From NCBI GenBank assembly GCA_964550035.1, contig CAZJVU010000003.1, positions 1,383 through 65,382 on the forward strand: a DNA stretch of 64,000 nucleotides, in the 5' to 3' direction. Origin of the DNA: an uncultured Candidatus Saccharibacteria bacterium (GTDB lineage Bacteria; Patescibacteriota; Saccharimonadia; Saccharimonadales; EFPC-124). Each line of letters begins with the position of its first letter. The first letter of the stretch is position 1. The notes beneath the pieces were generated by a model, which worked only from the letters and a program-made list of their open reading frames with translations, was not told the origin of the DNA and did not search any database. Below, piece after piece: positions 35,238 to 42,915 of this stretch. The translations under genes and the position numbers were made by a program.

Positions 35238-35266
35238 TTAATACAATAATTTCAATAGTAAAGCAA
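35238..35266 (-). promoter_or_regulatory. Promoter for ORF O (TTGCTT-N17-TATTAA)
   Basis: AT-rich. The leader shares acctgtcc and agatgggag with the ORF P leader, and both leaders are ~39 nt long. Confidence 0.5.
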
Positions 35267-35314
35267 CGCTATGCGTACGCTATCTCAAGCTACGAAGGTC
35301 CGAAAATGAAACGA

Positions 35315-35356
35315 CCGCCGGCCACGCGCTCCCACTGAAGGGGGCGTGGCCGGCGG
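35315..35356 (-). terminator. Perfect 13-bp hairpin with U-rich tail after ORF P
   Basis: CCGCCGGCCACGC...GCGTGGCCGGCGG. The minus-strand tail tcgtttcattttcgg is homologous to the ORF O terminator tail. Confidence 0.75.
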
Positions 35357-35364
35357 CGGATGCC

Positions 35365-35745
35365 TCAGCTTAGACTGGCCCACGCCACCACCCTGGTGTA
35401 GGGGATGTACTCGAGGTCGTCTTCCGTTTCTACGACCCAGTCGGGCCTGCCGTCGGTCTTGGACCGCACGCTGACCCAGGCTCGGAGCTTGCGCAGGCGC
35501 TCGCCTTCACCGTCCGTAACGATGATCTGGAAGACGATGGGCATCACGCTGTCGCCCACCTTGTGGTGCGTCTCCTTGGGGTACCCCTCGTTCCCCTTTT
35601 GGGGGATGATGTCGCGGCAACGACTGCGCGCGGCCCAGCTGGGGCTCATCTCGGACGGCAGCGCTCGCTGACGACCACGAGCTCGCCCTGCCAGCGGATT
35701 TCTCCGCCGACCTTGACGCCAAGAAGAATGCGTTCTCCTGTGCAT
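35365..35745 (-). CDS. Cassette ORF P: hypothetical protein with Arg-rich N-terminus (126 aa), paralog of ORF O
   Basis: ATG at 35745 lies 7 nt after GGGAG. Contains FQIIVTDGEG...DGRPDW...YTRVVAWASL. Confidence 0.65.
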   Translation of the reverse strand: MHRRTHSSWRQGRRRNPLAGRARGRQRALPSEMSPSWAARSRCRDIIPQKGNEGYPKETHHKVGDSVMPIVFQIIVTDGEGERLRKLRAWVSVRSKTDGRPDWVVETEDDLEYIPYTRVVAWASLS

Positions 35746-35790
35746 CACAACACTCCCATCTCATCGGTGAATAAGGACAGGTGTGTATCT

Positions 35791-35819
35791 TTTATATAAT
35801 AACGCGGCGCTTTATGCAA
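35791..35819 (-). promoter_or_regulatory. Promoter for ORF P (TTGCAT-N17-TATAAA)
   Basis: Abuts the rpiB stop codon at 35820. Confidence 0.5.
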
Positions 35820-36269
35820 CTAGCCGTAGAGTTCTTCGATCTCGTGAATACGCCTCACATGCCGAGCAGCGCCGCTGAATGGCGTGTCGAGCCATACGTC
35901 AATGATCTTCAGCGCTTCTTCTTCGCTGAGTGTTCGAGCCGGAATGCATAATACGTTGCTATCATTATCGTTTCGGGTCTCACGCGCACTATCTTCGTTC
36001 CAGCATAATGACGCACGGATACCACGCACACGGTTAGCAGCGATACACATACCCTGCCCACTCCCGCACAGCAAGATACCGCGCGGGTCGTCGTCTTCGC
36101 TGCCAAGGACTTTCGTGGTTACCATATAGGCAAACTGCGGATAGTCGTCGTCTGGGTTTAGCTCGCGGTCGCCGTCGTCCTCGACGTCGATATTACGCTT
36201 GCTGAGATGTGCCATGACGGCGCTCTTCAGGTTAAACCCGGCGTGGTCGGCTCCGACAAAAACTTTCAT
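35820..36269 (-). CDS. rpiB: Ribose-5-phosphate isomerase B
   Basis: 149 aa. Contains MKVFVGADHAGF...GILLCGSGQGMCIAANR. Confidence 0.9.
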   Translation of the reverse strand: MKVFVGADHAGFNLKSAVMAHLSKRNIDVEDDGDRELNPDDDYPQFAYMVTTKVLGSEDDDPRGILLCGSGQGMCIAANRVRGIRASLCWNEDSARETRNDNDSNVLCIPARTLSEEEALKIIDVWLDTPFSGAARHVRRIHEIEELYG

Positions 36270-37285
36270 TTGCTGTGCAGCTGCTTACCAACGTCAGCGA
36301 CCAGCTCGACAAGGCGATTACTGTAGCCCCATTCGTTGTCATACCAGGCGACGACCTTCAGCATATTGCCCCCAACAACTGCGGTGAGCGGCAAGTCGAC
36401 GATGGCCGAATGGCTGTTGCCCTTGTAGTCGCTGCTTACGAGAGGTTCTTCCGAGACAGCCAAGATGCCTTGGTAGTAAGGTTCTTTTGCGGCTTTCTTG
36501 AAGACATCGTTTACTTCGTCGACCGTCACGTCGCGCTTGGTGATGATCACAAAGTCACTCATGCTGACCACCGGGGTGGGGACACGGACGCTTAATCCAC
36601 CGAAGATACCTTCGAGCGCAGGTAGTGCCTTGGCGGCGGCAATCGAAGCGCCAGTCGTCGTCGGGACAATATTCTCGGCGGCGGCGCGTGCCTCGCGCAA
36701 ATCCTTCGCAGGGGCGTCCTGAAGACGCTGGCTCGCCGTGTAGCTGTGCACGGTGGTCATCATAGCCTTCTCGATACCAAAGGCGTTCTCGATGACGGCA
36801 GCAACTGGCGTAATACAGTTCGTCGTGCAGCTCGCGTTGCTAATGACGTCACCAGAGTCCTTGATGAGATCCTCGTTCACGCCCAACACGATCGTGTTGG
36901 CGCCTTCACCTTTCGCCGGCGCGCTCAGCACGACCTTCTTGGCGCCGGCCTGCTCGACGTGTGCCTTGGCCAGCTCTGGTTTTACAAAAAATCCGGTCGA
37001 TTCGATAACGACATCGATACCGTGCGCACCCCAGGGTAAATTCGCCGGATCTTTTTCGGCGAGTACCTTGATATGCTGACCGTCGACAATAATACCCGTA
37101 TCGTCGTAACTGATCTCGTGATCATACGTGCCATAGCTCGAATCGTGTCTGAGCAAATGTGCCAGCGTCTTTGTGTCGGTCAGGTCATTCACCGCTACAA
37201 CTTCTATATCACTGCGCTCGAAGGCGATCTTGAACGCCGTTCGCCCAATACGCCCAAATCCATTGATGGCAATCTTCGTTTTCAT
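36266..37285 (-). CDS. gap: Glyceraldehyde-3-phosphate dehydrogenase
   Basis: MKTKIAINGFGRIGR and the SNASCTTN active site. The start could instead be 37294 (MVGMKTK). Confidence 0.93.
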   Translation of the reverse strand: MKTKIAINGFGRIGRTAFKIAFERSDIEVVAVNDLTDTKTLAHLLRHDSSYGTYDHEISYDDTGIIVDGQHIKVLAEKDPANLPWGAHGIDVVIESTGFFVKPELAKAHVEQAGAKKVVLSAPAKGEGANTIVLGVNEDLIKDSGDVISNASCTTNCITPVAAVIENAFGIEKAMMTTVHSYTASQRLQDAPAKDLREARAAAENIVPTTTGASIAAAKALPALEGIFGGLSVRVPTPVVSMSDFVIITKRDVTVDEVNDVFKKAAKEPYYQGILAVSEEPLVSSDYKGNSHSAIVDLPLTAVVGGNMLKVVAWYDNEWGYSNRLVELVADVGKQLHSK

Positions 37286-37457
37286 ACCCACCATTTCCTT
37301 GCTTACATTTGAATTGCTTCTTACGCATATTGTAGTACATAGTAAGCACAAGCAGCAATAACTCCTGGTGATAGCAGGCAGAATGGTATATAAGTTAAGT
37401 AGGTCTACGACTTACGGGGTGGTAGACAGGTGCCGCTTACGCGGGTGGAGGTGGAGG

Positions 37458-37613
37458 ATGCTTCAAGGATTAGGAGCTGTCTTTCTGTTGCTCATCTTGG
37501 CGGGGCTCGCGTTTCAGCCCGACGCCCCAGTGTGGGTGGCGATCACGTTCTTCGTCAGTTGTGGTGCCATCGTGGTCGGCCTTGTTGCCCTCCTGATTCA
37601 CCGCTACTACTGA
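37458..37613 (+). CDS. Cassette ORF Q: small two-helix membrane protein (51 aa)
   Basis: GGAGGTGGAGG lies directly before the ATG. The sequence is MLQGLGAVFLLLILAGLAF...WVAITFFVSCGAIVVGLVALLI. An extended -10 element TGgTATATA lies at 37384-37392. Confidence 0.5.
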   Translation: MLQGLGAVFLLLILAGLAFQPDAPVWVAITFFVSCGAIVVGLVALLIHRYY

Positions 37614-37633
37614 CAGCGAACCGCGCCACCCCG

Positions 37634-37669
37634 CGCCCTCCTCGGGCCTTGACCGGCTCGGGGAGGGCG
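37634..37669 (+). terminator. GC hairpin after ORF Q
   Basis: CGCCCTCC...GGAGGGCG, an 8-bp stem. Confidence 0.45.
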
Positions 37670-37686
37670 ATCTTCGTTTCGGTATC

Positions 37687-37717
37687 AAAAACCGTCGCAG
37701 TCGTTGCGACGGTTTTT
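37687..37717. terminator. Core-genome intrinsic terminator (ppa)
   Basis: AAAAACCGTCGCA-gtcgt-TGCGACGGTTTTT, a 13-bp stem with A and T tracts on both sides. Confidence 0.8.
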
Positions 37718-37739
37718 GTCTAGAGAGAAGGACTGTTGC

Positions 37740-38270
37740 CTACTTATTATTGTAGCGCTCGATACATTCACGCACGATTGCTTTGGCGGCTTCTGTGTCG
37801 CCCCAGCCCAATACCTTGGTACTGCCGGGCTTCTTGAGATCTTTGTAGTGCGTAAAATGGTGTTCAATCTTTTGCTTCCAGCGCTCACCGAGGTCATCGA
37901 GCGAATTGATCGAATCACCGGTGTTGCGGTCGTCGGCAGGCACGACAACGACTTTATGGTCTGCTTCGCCGTCATCGTCGAAGTTGAGGATACCGATGAT
38001 CTTAGCTTCCATCCATACGCCAGTTGGTACGGGCTCGTCGGTCACAATAAGCGTATCGAGCTCGTCGCCGTCCTCGTCGAGTGTCTGTGGGATAAAGCCG
38101 TAGTTGCAAGGCTTCGCAAAGATAGCCGGTTCGACACGGTCCAACATGAACGCTGCGCGCTTGCGGTCCCATTCGATTTTCAGCATTGAACCCTGAGGAA
38201 TCTCGACGACCGTATTAAGCATGCCGTCATCGATGTCACCAGGAGTAAGAACTTGGTTAAAATCAGCCAT
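37740..38270 (-). CDS. ppa: Inorganic pyrophosphatase
   Basis: ATG at 38270 lies after AAGGA; the track start is an upstream GTG. Contains DGDELDTLIV and HKVVVVPADD motifs. Confidence 0.9.
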   Translation of the reverse strand: MADFNQVLTPGDIDDGMLNTVVEIPQGSMLKIEWDRKRAAFMLDRVEPAIFAKPCNYGFIPQTLDEDGDELDTLIVTDEPVPTGVWMEAKIIGILNFDDDGEADHKVVVVPADDRNTGDSINSLDDLGERWKQKIEHHFTHYKDLKKPGSTKVLGWGDTEAAKAIVRECIERYNNK

Positions 38271-38328
38271 AGTTATTTCCTTTTTCACTTATACACGACT
38301 AGTGTAGCACAGGTGTGTAAAAATACTC

Positions 38329-38358
38329 TTGACTACCCTATGCTTGCAAGAGTATAGT
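38329..38358 (+). promoter_or_regulatory. Promoter for ORF R (TTGACT-N18-TATAGT)
   Basis: Embedded in a 7-bp inverted repeat ACTCTTG...CAAGAGT. Confidence 0.5.
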
Positions 38359-38405
38359 TTGATTTCGTCAAGGTACACCGTACACGACTCCTCTGGGAGG
38401 ATGCA

Positions 38406-38794
38406 ATGACCGTTCACGCAACAGTCATCGAGGGTCCGGCCAACACCGCGGAGATCATCCGCGGTTGGCGCTCGCAGTTCCGCACCAGTCTGCTCAACAC
38501 GGCCAGCGAGCCCACGCGGAACAGGTTCATCGGCAAGGTCAACGGCACAACCGCTGGTTCCGTCCGGCAGGCTTCTCGCTCGACGACGTGGTCCTGCTGG
38601 TTCTGGCGAGGGGCGACGCGACGCTCCACGTGGGCTTCTACGACCTGGCGGTCGAGAACTTCCTGCCCGCCATCGCCGTGCTGTCCGTCCAGGAACGCTG
38701 CACGCTCGGCAGCCGTCGCACCCGTGAAGCGTTCCTGCGCGAGCTGATCGCATCCGCGCGCACCGCCCAGTCCCGAGCCGCCGTCGGCGCTTAA
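38406..38794 (+). pseudogene. Cassette ORF R: frameshifted hypothetical gene
   Basis: The frame of ATG 38406 (MTVHATVIEGPANTAEIIRGWRSQFRTSLLNTASEPTRNRFIGKVNG) looks protein-like only up to ~38550. The -1 frame (...RWFRPAGFSLDDVVLLVLARGDATLHVGFYDLAVENFLPAIAVL...AVGA*) looks protein-like and is ~90% GC3 after that point. No slippery heptamer was seen. Confidence 0.6.
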
Positions 38795-38822
38795 CCCGCC
38801 CGGCGCACCTTCGATGTGCCCA

Positions 38823-38857
38823 CCTTCCCGCGGCCCCACTCTTGGGCCGCGGGAAGG
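38823..38857 (+). terminator. Perfect 13-bp hairpin after ORF R
   Basis: CCTTCCCGCGGCC-ccactcttg-GGCCGCGGGAAGG. Confidence 0.7.
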
Positions 38858-38937
38858 GGCACCGCAGTTTGAATTGTCTTTTTTACCCTTGTTAAAACCA
38901 CATCATCGCTATACGCGTAAAATGATACACTGATAGT

Positions 38938-39624
38938 ATGCAGATTATGGGACATCGCGGCGCCGCAGGTTTGGCGCCGGAGAATACTATTGCGGCAATC
39001 GCCGAGGGACTCGCCGCAAAGGCCGATTGGGTTGAGTTTGACGTTCGTCGCACCCAAGACGGCCATATCGTGCTGGTTCACGACCGCACGACGCGTCGTG
39101 TAGCCAAGAAGCGTGTGTCAATCCATAAAGCCGCCATGAAAGAGCTCCAAGCGCTCGAAATGAAGCGTGGCGAAGCCATCCCATCGCTCGAGGAAGCCTT
39201 CGAGATTATCGGCAAAAAAGCCAAGATCAATGTCGAGATCAAAAGCCCTGATTGCGTTCCACAAGTCGTAAAGCTCATCCAGAAGTACATCAAGAATGGC
39301 TACCCCGCATCGCACTTCCTTGTCTCGTCGTTCTCACCAGCCGTTCTGCGCGCTGCATACCAACTCGACAAGAAAATTCCCTACAGCCTGCTCCAGATCT
39401 GGCCCGTTCGCTTCCGCTGGCTCAGTAGCGTCAAGCTCAGTGCCGTTGGGTTTTATCATATCTCAGCCCTCACACCGTTCATCGTTGCACTCGCGAAGCG
39501 CAAAAATCTGTACACTTACGCATACACCGTCAATAGTTTCGAGGAGGCAAAGCAGCTGAAGCGCCTCGGCCTTGATGGCATCGTGACGAACTATCCGAAC
39601 AAGTTCGACGAGCTTCGTAAGTAG
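38938..39624 (+). CDS. Glycerophosphodiester phosphodiesterase family protein
   Basis: MGHRGAAGLAPENTIAAI...VEFDVRRTQDGHIVLVHD is the GDPD signature. Confidence 0.85.
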   Translation: MQIMGHRGAAGLAPENTIAAIAEGLAAKADWVEFDVRRTQDGHIVLVHDRTTRRVAKKRVSIHKAAMKELQALEMKRGEAIPSLEEAFEIIGKKAKINVEIKSPDCVPQVVKLIQKYIKNGYPASHFLVSSFSPAVLRAAYQLDKKIPYSLLQIWPVRFRWLSSVKLSAVGFYHISALTPFIVALAKRKNLYTYAYTVNSFEEAKQLKRLGLDGIVTNYPNKFDELRK

Positions 39625-39626
39625 AT

Positions 39627-39655
39627 TTGAAAAACAACTTATTTTATGATTTAAT
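39627..39655 (+). promoter_or_regulatory. Promoter for ORF S (TTGAAA-N17-TTTAAT)
   Basis: AT-rich stretch immediately after the GDPD gene stop. Confidence 0.5.
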
Positions 39656-39744
39656 ATTCGGGAGCGTTTCTGATCTTGAATCGGTCAACGAAGACCGCGC
39701 TCATTCACGCATCTTCGACTCGCACTAAGGAACGAGGAATCACC

Positions 39745-40314
39745 ATGCGTTTCCGCATCGTCGCCGCCGCTGTCATGGCCGCGCTCGCGCTCACCGCGTG
39801 TGACAAGCCCAAGGACGACAGCGCCCCCGCGCCCAGCACCACACCGACGGCCGCGCCGCTGGCACAGGAAGTCCACATCGCGCTTCCGGACTGGAGCGGG
39901 AAGGCGTACGGCAAGTACGCGGACAGCGTCTCGGAGCCCAAGGACGCCGTGGTCCTGGCCACGTACACCGGCACCAACGCCGGCAAGCCGCTGGACGATC
40001 CCGAGATCTACAAGCCCAACACCGTCGGTAACGGCATGCAGGTGCGCTACGCCTGCAACCCCACGCTGCTCATCGGTGGCCGGGACTACGTCCTGTTCAA
40101 GGTCGGCGTGCTGAACGCGAACGGCAACCCGGACCCGCTGCAGTTCAGCGAGGTGCCGGCGGACCAGCTCTCCGGCTCGTGGTTCTTCAACTACGACTGG
40201 ACGACCACCGCCGGTCTCAAGCCGGGGAGCAAGCCGTACATCAGCGTCATCGGTGACTGCCAGTGGGAAATCCACACCCTGAGCTTCCCGAAGCAGCCGA
40301 TGCCCGGTCAGTGA
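39745..40314 (+). CDS. Cassette ORF S: predicted lipoprotein (189 aa)
   Basis: MRFRIVAAAVMAALALTAC gives a signal peptide plus a lipobox (L-T-A-C). Pro/Thr-rich linker. GC3-rich. Confidence 0.7.
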   Translation: MRFRIVAAAVMAALALTACDKPKDDSAPAPSTTPTAAPLAQEVHIALPDWSGKAYGKYADSVSEPKDAVVLATYTGTNAGKPLDDPEIYKPNTVGNGMQVRYACNPTLLIGGRDYVLFKVGVLNANGNPDPLQFSEVPADQLSGSWFFNYDWTTTAGLKPGSKPYISVIGDCQWEIHTLSFPKQPMPGQ

Positions 40315-40334
40315 CGAAGTCGGACGTGAAGTCT

Positions 40335-40374
40335 GGAGCGCGAACCGCGGCCACATCGGCCCGGTTCGCGCTCC
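40335..40374 (+). terminator. Perfect 13-bp hairpin after ORF S
   Basis: GGAGCGCGAACCG...CGGTTCGCGCTCC. Confidence 0.7.
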
Positions 40375-40406
40375 GGCGCACAACACCAATGAAATTATCG
40401 AGTAGC

Positions 40407-41372
40407 TTAGACTACACCCTGGTTAGCAACGGTCGCATACTCACGCGAATGTTGCTCCAGGCAGTGGCGAATCTTCAGCGCAGCAGTGGCGCCTTCGCCG
40501 ACCGCTGTTGCGATTTGCATGGTTGCACCAGAGCGGACGTCACCCGCTGCGAATACGCCAGGCATGCTTGTCAGCAGATTGTCGTCAGTCATCACAAAAC
40601 CAAACTCGTCCAGCTTGATAGCCGTATTTTTCAGAAAGCCAGTGTTCGGGATTAGCCCGATAAATACAAACACGCCGTCGGTTTCAAAGTCAGTTTTCTT
40701 GCCATCTTTCACGGCGGCAACTTTTACGACTTTTTTGTTCTCGCCAACGATCTCATCGATAGTTGTATTGAGATGCACGGTGATCTTGTCGTTCTTTTCG
40801 AGCTCGTGCTGGAGGACTTCCGAAGCTTTGACCGTACTTCGAACTAACAGATCGATGTGCGTTGCAAAACGCGTCAGGAAGAGAGCTTCTTGCACGCCAG
40901 AGTTACCGCCGCCCACGACGACGAGCCGTTTGTCGCGGTAAAACGCACCGTCGCAGGTAGCACAGTAGTGTACGCCGCGGCCATAGTATTCGGCTTCGCC
41001 AGGGATGCCGAGCTTTTTATAGTCGGTTCCGGTCGCGATAAGGACCGCCTTGGCGCGAAATTCACCATCGTGTGTGGTAATCTTTTTGGTTTCGGTGTCG
41101 TCTTCGATACTCGTCACCTCAGCGTATTCAATCTTTGCGCCAAATCGTTCGGCCTGTGTTTCGAGCTCCTGCGCGAGGTCCATCCCGCTGATGCCTTTGC
41201 TAAAGCCCGGATAGTTGTCGACCCAATCGGTTACCGCCGCCAGGCCACCGATGGCGCCCTTCTCGAGCAGCACTGTATCGATGTCTTCGCGCGTGGTGTA
41301 CACGGCAGCCGATAGCGCCGCTGGACCCGCGCCAATAATTGCCAGGTCGTGGACTTTCTGTTCCTCGGCCAT
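40407..41372 (-). CDS. trxB: Thioredoxin-disulfide reductase
   Basis: Trimmed to MAEEQKVHDLAIIGAGPAALSAAVY. Contains the CATCDG redox site. Confidence 0.92.
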   Translation of the reverse strand: MAEEQKVHDLAIIGAGPAALSAAVYTTREDIDTVLLEKGAIGGLAAVTDWVDNYPGFSKGISGMDLAQELETQAERFGAKIEYAEVTSIEDDTETKKITTHDGEFRAKAVLIATGTDYKKLGIPGEAEYYGRGVHYCATCDGAFYRDKRLVVVGGGNSGVQEALFLTRFATHIDLLVRSTVKASEVLQHELEKNDKITVHLNTTIDEIVGENKKVVKVAAVKDGKKTDFETDGVFVFIGLIPNTGFLKNTAIKLDEFGFVMTDDNLLTSMPGVFAAGDVRSGATMQIATAVGEGATAALKIRHCLEQHSREYATVANQGVV

Positions 41373-41376
41373 AACT

Positions 41377-41658
41377 TTACGCAGCCTTCGAGGCAAGCAT
41401 TGGAGCGATAGCAGTAGTCAACTTGGCCGGGTTCCAACCAACAGTGACGTCTTTTGGCGCTTCTGGATCGTCTTCTTCGGCAACAACGGTGACCGGAACT
41501 GCCAGCTGGCCAGTCAACTCGAGGAGTTCGTTGGTACGCTCAGGATTATCATCGAGATTGATAAGCGAGTAGGTCAGACCTTTGCTTTCTAAGAACTTTT
41601 TGACCTGAGCGCAGTAGACGCAGGTATTTGTTGTATAAATGCTGATTGTTTTTGCCAT
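41377..41658 (-). CDS. Glutaredoxin/NrdH-like thioredoxin-fold protein
   Basis: ISIYTTNTCVYCAQVKKFLESKG with a CxxC motif. Confidence 0.8.
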   Translation of the reverse strand: MAKTISIYTTNTCVYCAQVKKFLESKGLTYSLINLDDNPERTNELLELTGQLAVPVTVVAEEDDPEAPKDVTVGWNPAKLTTAIAPMLASKAA

Positions 41659-41739
41659 GAGATAACACCCTTTCTTTGCTTACTTTAGTATATATAGTGT
41701 CTCAACCATTTACAAGACACTACATGTTGTATTTATGTA

Positions 41740-42294
41740 CTACTTTGGATTGACCGCTACGAGCTCGATCTCGAACACAATATCTGTGTTTGGCGGGATG
41801 CTTCCGTCCGATGAGCCAGTTGCGCCGTAGGCAAGATTGGCCGGAATAACCAACCGTCGCTTGCCCCCGACCTTCATGCCTGGGACGCCGTCCACCCAAC
41901 CTTTGATCACGCCGTTGCCTTGCGAATCTGGATCTGAAAGTTTAAGTGTGACGGGCTCACCGCGGTCATAGCTGCTATCGAATTTCTGCTGCGTCTGCGC
42001 CAGCGTGCCCTTGTAGTGGACCTTGATACTGTCGCCAACCTTTGCTTCGTCGCCCGTGCCAACCGTGAGATCGGTTTTCTGAAGTTCGGTTACAGCACCG
42101 TCAACTTTATAAGCAGTGCTGTCGACTGGTAGCTCTTTCTTTTGTTGTTGCTGTTGCTGCTGTTGAGCTTGCTGATCTGTCGAGTCTTTATTCTGCAAAA
42201 TAATAATAAAGTACGCGCCCAAAGTGCCCACGGTCATTGTCAATGCGATAATACCGATGACGATACGCTGCACAGTTGTTTTACTGACTGCCAT
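41740..42294 (-). CDS. FKBP-type peptidyl-prolyl cis-trans isomerase, membrane-anchored
   Basis: VHYKGTL...FDSSYDRGEP...GVIKGWVDGVPGMKVGGKRRLVIPANLAYG. N-terminal TM helix and a poly-Gln linker. Confidence 0.9.
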   Translation of the reverse strand: MAVSKTTVQRIVIGIIALTMTVGTLGAYFIIILQNKDSTDQQAQQQQQQQQKKELPVDSTAYKVDGAVTELQKTDLTVGTGDEAKVGDSIKVHYKGTLAQTQQKFDSSYDRGEPVTLKLSDPDSQGNGVIKGWVDGVPGMKVGGKRRLVIPANLAYGATGSSDGSIPPNTDIVFEIELVAVNPK

Positions 42295-42326
42295 TCTGTT
42301 ACTCCCTCTCGTTTACAGTTCGACTA

Positions 42327-42437
42327 GGGGCGGATAGTAGGTACGCCGCCCTCGGCACTTGCGGGTCACGATTTGTGTTTGGATAACACAAATCGCGCTT
42401 CCGAGGTGCCTTGGTCGTCATACCTACCATCCGCCCC
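42327..42437 (-). ncRNA. Candidate structured RNA or processing element (111-nt rod-like fold) between the NUDIX and FKBP genes
   Basis: A 17-bp closing stem pairs 42327-42343 with 42421-42437. Its single non-Watson-Crick position is G-U on the minus strand but A-C on the plus strand. There is a middle 6-bp stem CCTCGG/CCGAGG and an apical perfect 10-bp stem at 42369-42395. A TATAAT sits just upstream on the minus strand, overlapping the NUDIX stop. Confidence 0.4.
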
Positions 42438-42451
42438 ACAATTATCTTTTA

Positions 42452-42913
42452 TTATACGCGGCGCTCAATAATTTTATAAGGGTTATGATGATATCCATTC
42501 ACCTTATCTTCTTCGAGATACTTCAACAGCCCGATCGGAAACACCGTCTTGCCCTGAAGCTCACCAAAGCTAAACCACCCTGGTACCCACTGCTGCGGCT
42601 CGCCCTGCTCCATTGCAAGCGCTTCGCCGCTATCAGACTGGAGCACTGGCTCGCCGCCCAAATAGTCACAGAGATAGATCCGCTGGTCGTTATGAAACTT
42701 ATCTGTTGTGGAAGTATAGAGAAGCTGTTTGATCGTAACCGTAAGGCCAGTTTCCTCCATAACCTCACGCACAGCTGCGCGCTCCGGCACTTCGCCCTCG
42801 TCGACGTGTCCACCAGGCAGCACAAAATAATGCTCGCCGTCTTTGTGGCGTTCGATCATCAAGATCTTGCCTTCGTCGTTAAAAATAATTGCCCGTGCAG
42901 TCTGCCTACCCAT
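42452..42913 (-). CDS. NUDIX hydrolase
   Basis: Nudix box GGHVDEGEVPERAAVREVMEETG. Confidence 0.9.
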   Translation of the reverse strand: MGRQTARAIIFNDEGKILMIERHKDGEHYFVLPGGHVDEGEVPERAAVREVMEETGLTVTIKQLLYTSTTDKFHNDQRIYLCDYLGGEPVLQSDSGEALAMEQGEPQQWVPGWFSFGELQGKTVFPIGLLKYLEEDKVNGYHHNPYKIIERRV

Positions 42914-42915
42914 TG

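Noticed and set aside
38465-38794. Treating 38465-38794 as an independent TTG-initiated gene overlapping a 113-aa ORF at 38406-38747.
   Set aside because: The first ~28 codons of the TTG frame and the last ~65 codons of the ATG frame both look out-of-frame. A single gene with one frame break explains both halves better.
39685-40389. 234-aa minus-strand ORF antisense to ORF S.
   Set aside because: ORF S has a canonical lipoprotein signal and an SD. The antisense ORF crosses the S terminator hairpin and has an out-of-frame composition.
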